NCBI GenBank assembly: GCA_963815115.1
Contig: CAWFFN010000009.1
Coordinates: 448,001-512,000 of the forward strand
Length of the DNA stretch: 64,000 nucleotides
Direction: 5' to 3'
Source: an uncultured delta proteobacterium
GTDB lineage: Bacteria; Desulfobacterota; Binatia; DP-6
The notes under the pieces: generated by a model
Seen by the model: only the letters and a program-made list of their open reading frames with translations
What the model was told of the DNA's origin: nothing
The model's database searches: none
Shown: in pieces, positions 40,565 to 49,477 of the stretch
Position numbering within the stretch: the first letter of the stretch is position 1
How the letters are laid out: the number at the start of each line of letters is the position of its first letter
Program-made: the position numbers and the translations under genes

Positions 40565-40593
40565 TGTTACGGCGATGTTTCGGCGACGTGAAG
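40565..40593. promoter_or_regulatory. 11-bp direct repeats related to those upstream of tonB and the TBDR
   Basis: TGTTACGGCGA/TGTTTCGGCGA/CGTGAAG. Confidence 0.4.
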
Positions 40594-40733
40594 AACTCCC
40601 GCCGCGAATTGACGATTTCCTCGCGTGCGGGAATCCTGGCACGAGCGGCGCTTGCCCGTGCCGCTGCCGGATCAGCGCATCTCGTCGCGATACGGATGTG
40701 CGTGGAATCCGACTCGAACTGCGGAGGAAGTGG

Positions 40734-42032
40734 ATGCGACGATCGACGTTGATCTCCCTGGCGCTCGCGACGAGCGCTCTCGTTGCCACGGTGACCCCGG
40801 CGGTGGCCAAGCCGCCGCCGGCGTGCGCGCCGGGCCGCTTTCTACTCGACTCGGCCGCGCTGCCCTTCGCGTCGAGCGGCTCCGAGTTCGTGCCGCTGGT
40901 CTTCTCCTCGTCCGCCAATCCGAAAAAGCCCGGCGTGAGCCTCGGAACCTGCGGCGGAGGCAAGACCAGGGTCTACAAGGGGACCAAGGCGGGAACCAAG
41001 CTGCAGCTCTTCTGGCCGAGCTGCGGGGAGAAGAAGAAGGTGCTCGTGGCGGGCTCGATCGGCTCCGATTGCAAGAGCCTGCACGCCACCGTCAAGGCGA
41101 AGAAGACGCCGAAGACGTCCGTGGGCGGCAGCCTGGCGACGGGCTGCGGAGACGGCCTGGTCGACGCGGGCGCCGGCGAGACCTGCGAGGGGACGACGGG
41201 CTGCGGCCCGGGTGAGGAATGCTCCTCGTGTCATTGCCAGCCCGTTCCGACCACGACGACGACCGCCCCCACCGTCACCACGACCACCGGCTCCGGCGAG
41301 ACCACGACCACGACCGCGACCACCACCTCGACGACGTCGACCACGGTGCCGTCGCTCTGCACCAACGGGGTGCGCAACGGAACCGTCGATGGGGTCGAGG
41401 AGTGCGACGACGGCAACGACGTCTCCGATGACGGCTGCACCAACTCCTGCACCAAGTGCGACAACCACACGATCACGCCGCCCGAGGCGTGTGACGACGG
41501 AAATCTCACCTGCGGCGACGGGTGTGACGGCGCCTGCCGCATCGAGGCGTGTGGCAACGGCATCATCGACTGTGGCGAGACGTGCGACGACGGTGACCTC
41601 GACGACGACAACGCCTGTCCTGGGGACTGCGTCATCGACTCCTGCTCGCCCGATACGGCATCGTCCCGTCAGGTGACCGTGAGCTTCACGGCGCCCGCCG
41701 GGAGCTCGGTCGCCGCGCTGGTCGTGCTGCTCGACTACCCCGAGGGCAAGGTGAACATCCTCGGCAGCGGCGCCGCCGCCGCTCCGAGCGTCACGACCGT
41801 GCCTGCCGGCGTCAGCAGCGCCGTCAACGATCTCGATCACAAGGTCCGGGTGGTCGTGACCAAGAGCACGCCCTTCCAGTCGATCGCGGCGGGCGACCTC
41901 TTCCGCGTGGACTTCAAGAACTGCGACGGCGCGCAGAACCCGAACATCGACGAGTTCCCGTGCAAGGTGGTGAGCGCGAGCAGCCCGACGGGTGCCAACG
42001 TGACCGGCGTCACCTGTACCGCCTCGATGTAG
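40734..42032 (+). CDS. Secreted Cys-rich protein with DUF4215-like repeats and C-terminal cohesin-like domain
   Basis: GGAGGA RBS; signal peptide; Thr linker; 'ECDDGN..SDDGC'; 'DYPEG...NDLDH...GDLFRVDF'. Confidence 0.8.
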   Translation: MRRSTLISLALATSALVATVTPAVAKPPPACAPGRFLLDSAALPFASSGSEFVPLVFSSSANPKKPGVSLGTCGGGKTRVYKGTKAGTKLQLFWPSCGEKKKVLVAGSIGSDCKSLHATVKAKKTPKTSVGGSLATGCGDGLVDAGAGETCEGTTGCGPGEECSSCHCQPVPTTTTTAPTVTTTTGSGETTTTTATTTSTTSTTVPSLCTNGVRNGTVDGVEECDDGNDVSDDGCTNSCTKCDNHTITPPEACDDGNLTCGDGCDGACRIEACGNGIIDCGETCDDGDLDDDNACPGDCVIDSCSPDTASSRQVTVSFTAPAGSSVAALVVLLDYPEGKVNILGSGAAAAPSVTTVPAGVSSAVNDLDHKVRVVVTKSTPFQSIAAGDLFRVDFKNCDGAQNPNIDEFPCKVVSASSPTGANVTGVTCTASM

Positions 42033-42077
42033 GGGTCGTGCTTCCATGTGGTGCCGCCGACGCGCTATGAGCAGCGC

Positions 42078-43004
42078 ATGCGCATCGGCATAGGCATCGG
42101 GGACATCGCGGGCGCTCCCGCGGACGTCGACGGCCTGGTGGCGCAGGCGCAGCGCGCCGAGGCCGACGGCTTCGCGAGCGGCTGGTTCGCCAACATCTTC
42201 GGCATGGACGCCATCATGGCGGCGGCGGTGTGCGGCCGGGAGACGGCGCGCATCGAGCTCGGGACCGCCGTCGTGCCGACCTACCCGCGCCACCCGGTCG
42301 CCATGGCGCAGGCCGCGCTCTCCGCGCAGGCGGTCGCGCGCGGGCGCTTCACCCTCGGGGTCGGGCTGTCGCACCAGCTCGTCATCGAGCCGATGCTCGG
42401 GCTGTCGTTCGCCAAGCCCTACAGCCACATGAAGGAGTACCTGGCGGTGCTCGGACCGCTCATCCGCGGCGGCAGCGTCCAGTTCTCGGGCGACGAGTTC
42501 CGCGTCGCAGCGAACGTCTCCGTCCCCGGAGGGACGCCCTGTCCCATCCTGGTCGCCGCGCTGGCGCCGCGCATGCTGGCTCTCGCCGGCCGCGAGACCG
42601 AGGGCACCATCACCTGGATGACGGGACCGCGCACGGTCCGCGACCACACGGTGCCGCGCATCGGCGAAGCGGCGGCCAAGGCCGGCCGGCCGGCGCCGCG
42701 CGTCGTCGTCGGCCTGCCGGTCGCGGTCACCGCCGAGGTGGCGGCTGCCCGCGAGTCCGCCGCCCGCGGCTTCCAGGTCTATGGCATGCTGCCTTCCTAT
42801 CGCGCGATGCTGGATCGGGAGGGGGCCGAGGGACCGGCCGACGTGGCCATCGTCGGGGACGAGAGCGCCGTCGGGGAGGCGCTGGAGCGCCTGGCGGAGG
42901 TCGGAGCGACCGACTTCCTGGCGGTTCCCTTCGGTGTCCACGGAGATCCGGGCGCACTCGAGCGCACGCGGTCCGTCCTGGTCCGACTGGCCGGATCTCG
43001 TTGA
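42078..43004 (+). CDS. LLM-class (probably F420-dependent) oxidoreductase
   Basis: 'IELGTAVVPTYPRHP', 'GRFTLGVGLSH', 'AALAPRML.LAG', 'LPSYRAML'. Confidence 0.85.
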   Translation: MRIGIGIGDIAGAPADVDGLVAQAQRAEADGFASGWFANIFGMDAIMAAAVCGRETARIELGTAVVPTYPRHPVAMAQAALSAQAVARGRFTLGVGLSHQLVIEPMLGLSFAKPYSHMKEYLAVLGPLIRGGSVQFSGDEFRVAANVSVPGGTPCPILVAALAPRMLALAGRETEGTITWMTGPRTVRDHTVPRIGEAAAKAGRPAPRVVVGLPVAVTAEVAAARESAARGFQVYGMLPSYRAMLDREGAEGPADVAIVGDESAVGEALERLAEVGATDFLAVPFGVHGDPGALERTRSVLVRLAGSR

Positions 43005-43137
43005 GACGGGGAAACCAGGCCGTCCGCTGGGACGGTCAAACGGCCATATAGACCCTCTGGGAGGCGGCACAGCCCGCAGGGATTGGCCAGATTCCCGATT
43101 TTCCGGTAGCCAACTCCACACTGGGGGAACCACGCGC

Positions 43138-45687
43138 ATGCGCCATGTGACCGCTGCAACGCTCTCCACCATCCTGAGCCTCTTCGTCTCGACTGGAGCT
43201 GCCAGGGCCGCCGATACACCCGAGCATCAGGTGCCGCTCGCGTCCAGCAAGCTGACGCTGGCCGGCGGAACCAAGCCGGGGGCCCGGCGCCTCAACTTCA
43301 CGGCGCGCTGGTCGGGCTCGATGAGCCCGATGCCCAACCCGGCCTTTCCCGGGACGACCCTGCGGATCATCGGGGGACCGGGCGAGGGAGACAGCGGCGT
43401 CATCCACTTGAACCAGCTCAACTGGAGGTCGCTGCCCAAGGGGAAGGGGTACCGCTACAGCGACCCCAAGGGCACGGCCGGCGGCATCAAGAGCATCCTC
43501 ATCCGGACGACCAAGGACGGCGGCCGCGTGAAGATCGCCGGCGGCACCGGAAACCTGCGATATCAGGTCACCAAGCCGCAGAGCGTGATCACGATCACCA
43601 TGATCAGCGACACGACGCGCTGGTGCGCACAGCTGAGTAGCCCCAAGACCACCAAGACGAAGGTGCATGGAGTTGCCCAGGCGGCGCTCGCGAGCTGCCC
43701 GTGCGACACCTACGCCAGCACGTGGGAAGCCATCCAGGGAGCGCTCATCGCTCGACACGGCTGCACCAATCAAAACTGCCATGACAGCAGCGGTGCAAAG
43801 TCCTCGGGCGGCCTCGATCTCACGCCCGAGAAAGCCTATGCGGACCTCGTCAACGCCGCGTCATCGTACGGAACGACGCGAGTCCTTCCCTTCGCCCCGA
43901 ACGACAGCCTCCTCTGGCAGAAGCTCGCGGCGTCCACGGAAGGGTTCCAGCTCAACGGCAAGGGATCGCCGATGCCGTCGGGACTGCCGGCCATCTCCGA
44001 GGACGAGCTGACCGCGGTCCGGCTGTGGATCCAGCAGGGCGCGCCCGACACCGGCGTGGTGCCCGATACCCAGGGGCGCCTCGACTCGTGCCTCCCCAAG
44101 CCGGAGCCGCCGGTCGACGAGCCGCTCGCGGCGCCGCCGCCCGATCAGGGCGTGCAGCTCTACGCGCCGCCGTGGACGATCAAGCCGCACAGCGGCACGA
44201 CCAACGGCGAGGACGAGGTCTGCTACTCCACCTACTACAACCTGATCGGCAAGGTCCCGACCGTGCCGTGCAACACCCCCCTGTTCACCGGCCCGACCAA
44301 CCCGACCGGACTGTGCTTCGCCTGGAATCATCAGCTGCTGCGCCAGTCGCCCAACTCGCACCACAGCATCATCCACGTCTACACCGGCGCCTATCCGTCG
44401 AACCATCCGAGCTGGCGCTACGAGTGCAACGGGGGAACGGTGGCGGACGGGACGTTCTGTGACCCGACGGTCCCTGGCGTGGCGGCTCCGGCGGGCGCGG
44501 ACTGCGGCGGCGGCTACTGCCGAGGCAAGCCGATCTCCGGTCCCGCCTGCTTCTCGCTCATCGGCTACGGGCCGCCCGACTACCAGGGCGGTGCCACCGG
44601 CAACGGCGGTCAGACGGCGCCCGCGTTCAGCGGCTCTCAGCAGCCGCGCTTCGAGCGCATCAATCCGTCGGGCGTCTACTCGGAGCTGCCGGTCGAAGGC
44701 ACCATCGTGTGGAACTCCCACGCCTTCAACGTCTTCGACGTGCCGATCCAGAACCAGCAGTGGCTCAACCTGTGGTTCACCAACGACCTGCGCTACCCGC
44801 TGCGCGGCGTGTTCGACGCCGACGACATCTTCATCCAGAACGTGCCCCCGTTCCAGGAGGTCGAGTACTGCCGGACGACGCTGTTCGGGAAGGGCACGCG
44901 CATGGCGGATCTGAGCTCGCACACCCACAAGCGGGGGCGGCTCTTCCGCATCTGGGGTCCGGACAAGCAGGGCGACCCCGGTGTCGCCCAGGCCTGCGAC
45001 AGCACCACGGCCACCCCGGCGGCGTGCCTGCCCGAGCCGACGCCTCCGATCATGACCACGACGACGTACAACGACCCGTCGCAGATCATCTACACGCTGC
45101 CGGATGGGCAGCTCGACCAAGACGATCCGGCGTCGCGGCGGTTCAAGTTCTGCGCCATCTACGACAACGGCTACACCGATCCGGAGGCCGTGAAGCGCAA
45201 CTCGACGTCGCCGAACTCGACGCTGCAGGGCATCGGCATCGGCGGCAAGTGCTGGACGACCGGCGCTCAGGGCCAGCACATCTACTGCATGAACGCCGCC
45301 AAGCGCGGTCAGGAGTGCTTCGGCAACGACCGGCTGTGTGACAGCGCGCCGGGCGCGAACGACGGCGTGTGCGACGCGTGCGCGCTGAAGGGCGGCGTCA
45401 CCACCGAGGACGAGATGTTCATCATGCTCGGCAGCTACTACTGCGATCCGAGCGTGCCGGGCGAGACCTGCACCGGCGTCTGCGCCGGCGGTGTGAACAA
45501 GGGACAGGCCTGCCACGACAGCGACGCCAACTGCCCGACGACGACGTGCGTCACCACGCAGCCCGCGAACTGCAGCAACGGCTCGACCACCGGAGGGTGG
45601 TGTGCCACCGGTCGCAATCGCTGCACCAGCTGCACCACCGACACCGACTGCGGCACGTCCACCTGCCTGCCGTACACGAACAACTGA
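43138..45687 (+). CDS. Secreted multidomain protein: cytochrome c-like domain fused to a copper type II (PHM/DbM-like) monooxygenase domain
   Basis: Signal peptide; 'GCTNQNCH...GGLDL...SLLWQKL...SPMP...LWIQQGA'; 'SHH', 'NSH', 'SHTH', 'EDEM'. Confidence 0.7.
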   Translation: MRHVTAATLSTILSLFVSTGAARAADTPEHQVPLASSKLTLAGGTKPGARRLNFTARWSGSMSPMPNPAFPGTTLRIIGGPGEGDSGVIHLNQLNWRSLPKGKGYRYSDPKGTAGGIKSILIRTTKDGGRVKIAGGTGNLRYQVTKPQSVITITMISDTTRWCAQLSSPKTTKTKVHGVAQAALASCPCDTYASTWEAIQGALIARHGCTNQNCHDSSGAKSSGGLDLTPEKAYADLVNAASSYGTTRVLPFAPNDSLLWQKLAASTEGFQLNGKGSPMPSGLPAISEDELTAVRLWIQQGAPDTGVVPDTQGRLDSCLPKPEPPVDEPLAAPPPDQGVQLYAPPWTIKPHSGTTNGEDEVCYSTYYNLIGKVPTVPCNTPLFTGPTNPTGLCFAWNHQLLRQSPNSHHSIIHVYTGAYPSNHPSWRYECNGGTVADGTFCDPTVPGVAAPAGADCGGGYCRGKPISGPACFSLIGYGPPDYQGGATGNGGQTAPAFSGSQQPRFERINPSGVYSELPVEGTIVWNSHAFNVFDVPIQNQQWLNLWFTNDLRYPLRGVFDADDIFIQNVPPFQEVEYCRTTLFGKGTRMADLSSHTHKRGRLFRIWGPDKQGDPGVAQACDSTTATPAACLPEPTPPIMTTTTYNDPSQIIYTLPDGQLDQDDPASRRFKFCAIYDNGYTDPEAVKRNSTSPNSTLQGIGIGGKCWTTGAQGQHIYCMNAAKRGQECFGNDRLCDSAPGANDGVCDACALKGGVTTEDEMFIMLGSYYCDPSVPGETCTGVCAGGVNKGQACHDSDANCPTTTCVTTQPANCSNGSTTGGWCATGRNRCTSCTTDTDCGTSTCLPYTNN

Positions 45688-45784
45688 GACCCGGCGCGAT
45701 CGCGTGAGGGGCGCCCCGGTGCGCTCCTCACGCGCCTCGGCCTCGCCCGATCAGCCGTTCCTGCTTGACATGTCGCTCGATTGA

Positions 45785-45808
45785 ATTGTACTGAATGGTC
45801 AGGTCAAT
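45785..45808. promoter_or_regulatory. Putative TetR operator
   Basis: ATTG-TA-CTGA-ATGG-TCAG-GT-CAAT palindrome just upstream of tetR, with TTGACA at 45765-45770. Confidence 0.55.
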
Positions 45809-45809
45809 T

Positions 45810-46484
45810 ATGACGAGCCGCCCGGCCGCCCGTCCTGCGCAGCGTTCGCGCCCGCGGCGCGGGGCGGCTCGATCGCGCCAGGAGCGTGGCGTCCGCACCG
45901 AGGAGGCCATCCTCAAGGCGACCATGCGGCTGCTCGCCACGCGCGGCATTCACGGCACGTCCCTCGATCTGCTGGCCGAGGAGGTGGGCGTCGCGAAGAG
46001 CTCCATCCTCTGGCACTTCGGGTCGAAGGAAGAGCTGCTGCTGCGGGTCGCGGAGCGCGTCTACGACGAGGTCGCGCGCGGGCCCGCGCAGAAGATCCTC
46101 GCCATCCCGACCTTCGAGGAGCGCGCCGAGGCGAGCTGGCGCTTCTTCTCCGAGACGCTGCGCCAGAACCCGGAGCTCCGTCGCGTCATGCTCTACCTGA
46201 TCTTCGAGAGCGTCGAAGGACGGCCCGAGCTGCGCGCGCGCCTCCAGCAGCTCTATCGCGGAATCCGCGACATGTACGAGACGGGTCTGCGCGGCGTGGT
46301 GCCCGACGAGCACCAGCGCCGCAGGCTGGCGGTCATCTCGGTCGCGTCCCTCGACGGTCTCTTCCTGCAATGGTTGCTGGAGCCCGAGGCGATCGACCTG
46401 GAGGCCATGCACGACGAGCTGCGTGCCCTGCGCGAGGGCGCGCGGCACATGGTCCGCCGCAACAAGGGGAGCACGGAACGATGA
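45810..46484 (+). CDS. TetR/AcrR family transcriptional regulator
   Basis: 'ILKATMRLLATRGIHGTSLDLLAEEVGVAKSSILWHFGSKEELL'. Confidence 0.9.
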   Translation: MTSRPAARPAQRSRPRRGAARSRQERGVRTEEAILKATMRLLATRGIHGTSLDLLAEEVGVAKSSILWHFGSKEELLLRVAERVYDEVARGPAQKILAIPTFEERAEASWRFFSETLRQNPELRRVMLYLIFESVEGRPELRARLQQLYRGIRDMYETGLRGVVPDEHQRRRLAVISVASLDGLFLQWLLEPEAIDLEAMHDELRALREGARHMVRRNKGSTER

Positions 46485-47134
46485 CCGAGCCCGAGAACGC
46501 CATCGACATCGACCTGGCCGGCTTCCGCGAGGTGGTTCGCCATCCCCGGGCGCACGCCCTGGTCCTGCAGCAATATCGTGTCGGCGAGTATGCCGGCGTG
46601 GTCGGCCTGAAGCGCCTGCTGGGCGAGATGCAGCCCGAGGGCAAGCTGCATCGCGCGATGGAGATCCACCATCGCGACGAGGAGCGGCACTCACGGGTGT
46701 TCACCGACTGGATCTACCGACTCGGCGTGCAACCGGAGCCCATGCCGGTGGAGGTCGAGGCCTACTTTGCGAGCAGCCCCGAGGAGTTTCAGCGCAACCG
46801 CGAGATGCTCACGCAGCTCCCCCCGGACATCCGGCGCATCGTCACGTTCGCCGCCATCAACGCCGTCGAGCGGCTTGCCTACAACCAGTTCGAAGCCCAC
46901 CTGCTCTGTCTCGATCGTCCCGAGGACGTCGACACGCTGGAGAGCGTGATGGCGGAGGAGAAGTTCCATCTGAGCTACGTCGAGGGCGAGCTGGAGCGAG
47001 TGCAGAAGGGCGAGCACGGCGCGTTCGTCACCATCGCGCTCGAGCAGGCGCGCACCCGCTTTGCCGAGTTCCAGGAGATGAAGCGGCGCGAGGGCGGCGC
47101 GGCGCTGGAGAAGATCCTGGGCGGCGGGGCGTGA
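46481..47134 (+). CDS. Ferritin-like (di-iron carboxylate) domain protein
   Basis: E...DEERH and E...EEKFH ligand pattern; ATGA overlap with tetR. Confidence 0.75.
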   Translation: MTEPENAIDIDLAGFREVVRHPRAHALVLQQYRVGEYAGVVGLKRLLGEMQPEGKLHRAMEIHHRDEERHSRVFTDWIYRLGVQPEPMPVEVEAYFASSPEEFQRNREMLTQLPPDIRRIVTFAAINAVERLAYNQFEAHLLCLDRPEDVDTLESVMAEEKFHLSYVEGELERVQKGEHGAFVTIALEQARTRFAEFQEMKRREGGAALEKILGGGA

Positions 47135-47162
47135 GCCGCGATCCGCGTCGGAGGACCACGAC

Positions 47163-48440
47163 ATGAAGTTCGGCATCTTCTACGAGCACCAGATCCCGCG
47201 ACCCTGGGGACGCGAGGGCGAGCACCGCCTGTTCAAGGAGGCCCTCGACCAGGTCGAGCTCGCCGACCGGCTCGGCATCGACTACGCCTGGGAGGTCGAG
47301 CACCACTTCCTGGAGGAGTACTCGCACTCCTCGGCGCCCGAGGTCTTCCTCGCCGCCTGCAGCCAGCGCACCAAACGGATCCGCCTCGGCCACGGCATCA
47401 CCCTCATGCCGCCCGGCTACAATCATCCCGCGCGGGTCGCGGAGCGCATCGCCACCCTCGACCTGGTGAGCGACGGCCGCGTCGACTGGGGCACGGGCGA
47501 GTCCAGCTCGCGCATGGAGATGGAAGGCTACGGCGTCGACTACATGGAGAAGCGCGAGGCCTGGGAAGAGGCGGTCCGCGAGTGCGCGAAGATGATGTGC
47601 ATGGAGCCGTATCCGGGTCACGACGGCAAGTACTTCTCCATGCCGGTGCGGAACGTGGTGCCCAAGCCCGTGCAGTCACCGCATCCGCCGCTCTGGGTGG
47701 CGTGCTCGAATCGCGACACCATCAAGCTCGCCGCGCGCCTCGGCATGGGCGCGCTCACCTTCGCCTTCGTCGATCCGGCCGAGGCGAAGTTCTGGGTGGA
47801 CGAGTACTACGACACGTTCAAGAACGAGTGCACCCCCATCGGCCGCGCCGTGAACCCGACCATCGCCATGGTGACGGGCTTCATGTGCCACGAGGACAGC
47901 GAGCGCGCCGTGGCCCAGGGGCTCGAGGGCTTCAAGTTCTTCGGATTCGCGCTGGCGCACTACTACATCACCGGGACGCACGTGCCGGCGCGCACGAACA
48001 TCTGGGAAGACTTCAAGCAGGCGCCGCCGTTCCCGCCGCTGCCGTACGGCGGCATCGGCAATCCCGACGAGGTGCGCGCCACGATGCGGACGTTCGAGGA
48101 CGTCGGCGTGGACCAGGTGGTCTTCATCCAGCAGGGCGGCAACAACCGCCACGCGGACATCTGCTCCTCGCTCGAGCTGTTCGCGGACCGGGTCATGCCC
48201 GAGTTCAAGGAGCGACACGACGCCCGCGCCCGCCGCAAGGCCGAGGAGCTGGCGCCCTACGTCGAGAAGGCGATGGCGCGCATCCCCGTGCTCTCTCCGG
48301 CGAAGGACGAGCCCATCGAATCGTATCCCGTGCTGATGTCGCGGCTCGGCGTCGACATGACGCAGCTTCCGCAGCGCCGCCGGATGGGACCGGCACTGGA
48401 CCAGATCGAGCGCGCCGCCACCGGCACCTCGTCCAGCTAG
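47163..48440 (+). CDS. LLM-class flavin-dependent oxidoreductase
   Basis: 'MKFGIFYE', 'WEVEHHF.EEYSH', 'HPARVAERIATLD', 'PKP.Q.PHPPLWVA'. Confidence 0.9.
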   Translation: MKFGIFYEHQIPRPWGREGEHRLFKEALDQVELADRLGIDYAWEVEHHFLEEYSHSSAPEVFLAACSQRTKRIRLGHGITLMPPGYNHPARVAERIATLDLVSDGRVDWGTGESSSRMEMEGYGVDYMEKREAWEEAVRECAKMMCMEPYPGHDGKYFSMPVRNVVPKPVQSPHPPLWVACSNRDTIKLAARLGMGALTFAFVDPAEAKFWVDEYYDTFKNECTPIGRAVNPTIAMVTGFMCHEDSERAVAQGLEGFKFFGFALAHYYITGTHVPARTNIWEDFKQAPPFPPLPYGGIGNPDEVRATMRTFEDVGVDQVVFIQQGGNNRHADICSSLELFADRVMPEFKERHDARARRKAEELAPYVEKAMARIPVLSPAKDEPIESYPVLMSRLGVDMTQLPQRRRMGPALDQIERAATGTSSS

Positions 48441-48460
48441 CGTCCTCCGACTTCACCTGA

Positions 48461-48500
48461 ACGCCCCGGCCGCGTGGACCCCTCGCCCGCGGCCGGGGTT
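48461..48500 (+). terminator. Putative stem-loop downstream of the LLM gene
   Basis: CCCCGGCCGCG...CGCGGCCGGGG followed by TT. Confidence 0.35.
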
Positions 48501-48586
48501 CCCTGCGCTGCTGGCGCCGGAGCCGGCGCCCGCAGGTCGCGACGCGCGCCTTGACTGCGGCGATGCCGGCTCGCTAGCTCCTCCCG

Positions 48587-49477
48587 ATGGCGATCGCTCC
48601 CCGCTTCGGCACGAGCCTTCCCGGCATCCAGCAGATCCCGTCGCGCGTCCGGCCCTGGGAACGCGAGGTCGGCGGCGACGAGATCCTGGCCGCGGCCCGC
48701 GCGGCCGAGGCCGCGGGCTTCGAGTGGGTGTCGTGCAGCGATCATCCGATGGTGCCGGTGTCGCGCGCCGAGGCGATGGGTCCGACCTGGTACGACGCGG
48801 GGAGCACGCTCGCCTTCGTCGCCGGTGCAACCTCGCGCATCCGGCTGCTGTCGCACGTCCTCGTGCTGCCGTACCGCCATCCCCTGCTGGTGGCCAAGCA
48901 ATACGGCACGCTCGACCACCTCTCCGGCGGCCGCGTGATCCTCGGCGTCGGCAGCGGGCATCTGAAGCCCGAGTTCAAGACGCTGGGCGCCGACTTCGAG
49001 CGCCGCGGCCGCATCAGCGACGAGTACCTGCGCGCCATCGCCGCCGCCTGGGAGCAGGACGTCGCCCGCTTCGACGGGGACACCGTCTCCTTCCGCGACG
49101 TCATGGTGTCGCCGCGCGTCGCCCAGCGGCCGCGCCCGCCGTTCTGGGTCGGCGGCAACTCGCCGGCGGCACTGCGGCGCGCCGCCCGACTGGGCGAGGG
49201 CTGGGTCCCGTGGCAGCTGGGACCCGAGGAGTTCGCCGGCCTCGCCGAGCGCGCGCGCCGCCTGCGCGAGGAGAGCGGCCGCTCGGGTCCGTTCGAGCTC
49301 GTCGCGCCGCTCTCCGTGCAGTCGCAGGCGACGGCCGAGGCGGTCGTCGCCGAAGCCGCCCGCTGGCGGGAGGCGGGTGCCACGGCGTTCCACGTCGGTG
49401 TCGGCGCGGACACCTTTGCCGATTACCTCCGCCGCGTCGCGTGGTTCGGCGCGGAGGTCGCGTCGCGCATCGCATGA
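48587..49477 (+). CDS. LLM-class probable F420-dependent oxidoreductase
   Basis: 'SDH', 'VLPYRHPL..AK..TLD.LSGGR.ILGVG.G', 'PPFWVGGNS.AALRRAA..G.GW'. Confidence 0.85.
   Translation: MAIAPRFGTSLPGIQQIPSRVRPWEREVGGDEILAAARAAEAAGFEWVSCSDHPMVPVSRAEAMGPTWYDAGSTLAFVAGATSRIRLLSHVLVLPYRHPLLVAKQYGTLDHLSGGRVILGVGSGHLKPEFKTLGADFERRGRISDEYLRAIAAAWEQDVARFDGDTVSFRDVMVSPRVAQRPRPPFWVGGNSPAALRRAARLGEGWVPWQLGPEEFAGLAERARRLREESGRSGPFELVAPLSVQSQATAEAVVAEAARWREAGATAFHVGVGADTFADYLRRVAWFGAEVASRIA

Noticed and set aside
31528-42032. Multiheme cytochrome cluster
   Set aside because: The Cys-rich repeats lack repeated CxxCH motifs and fit disulfide/Ca-binding DUF4215-like repeats instead.
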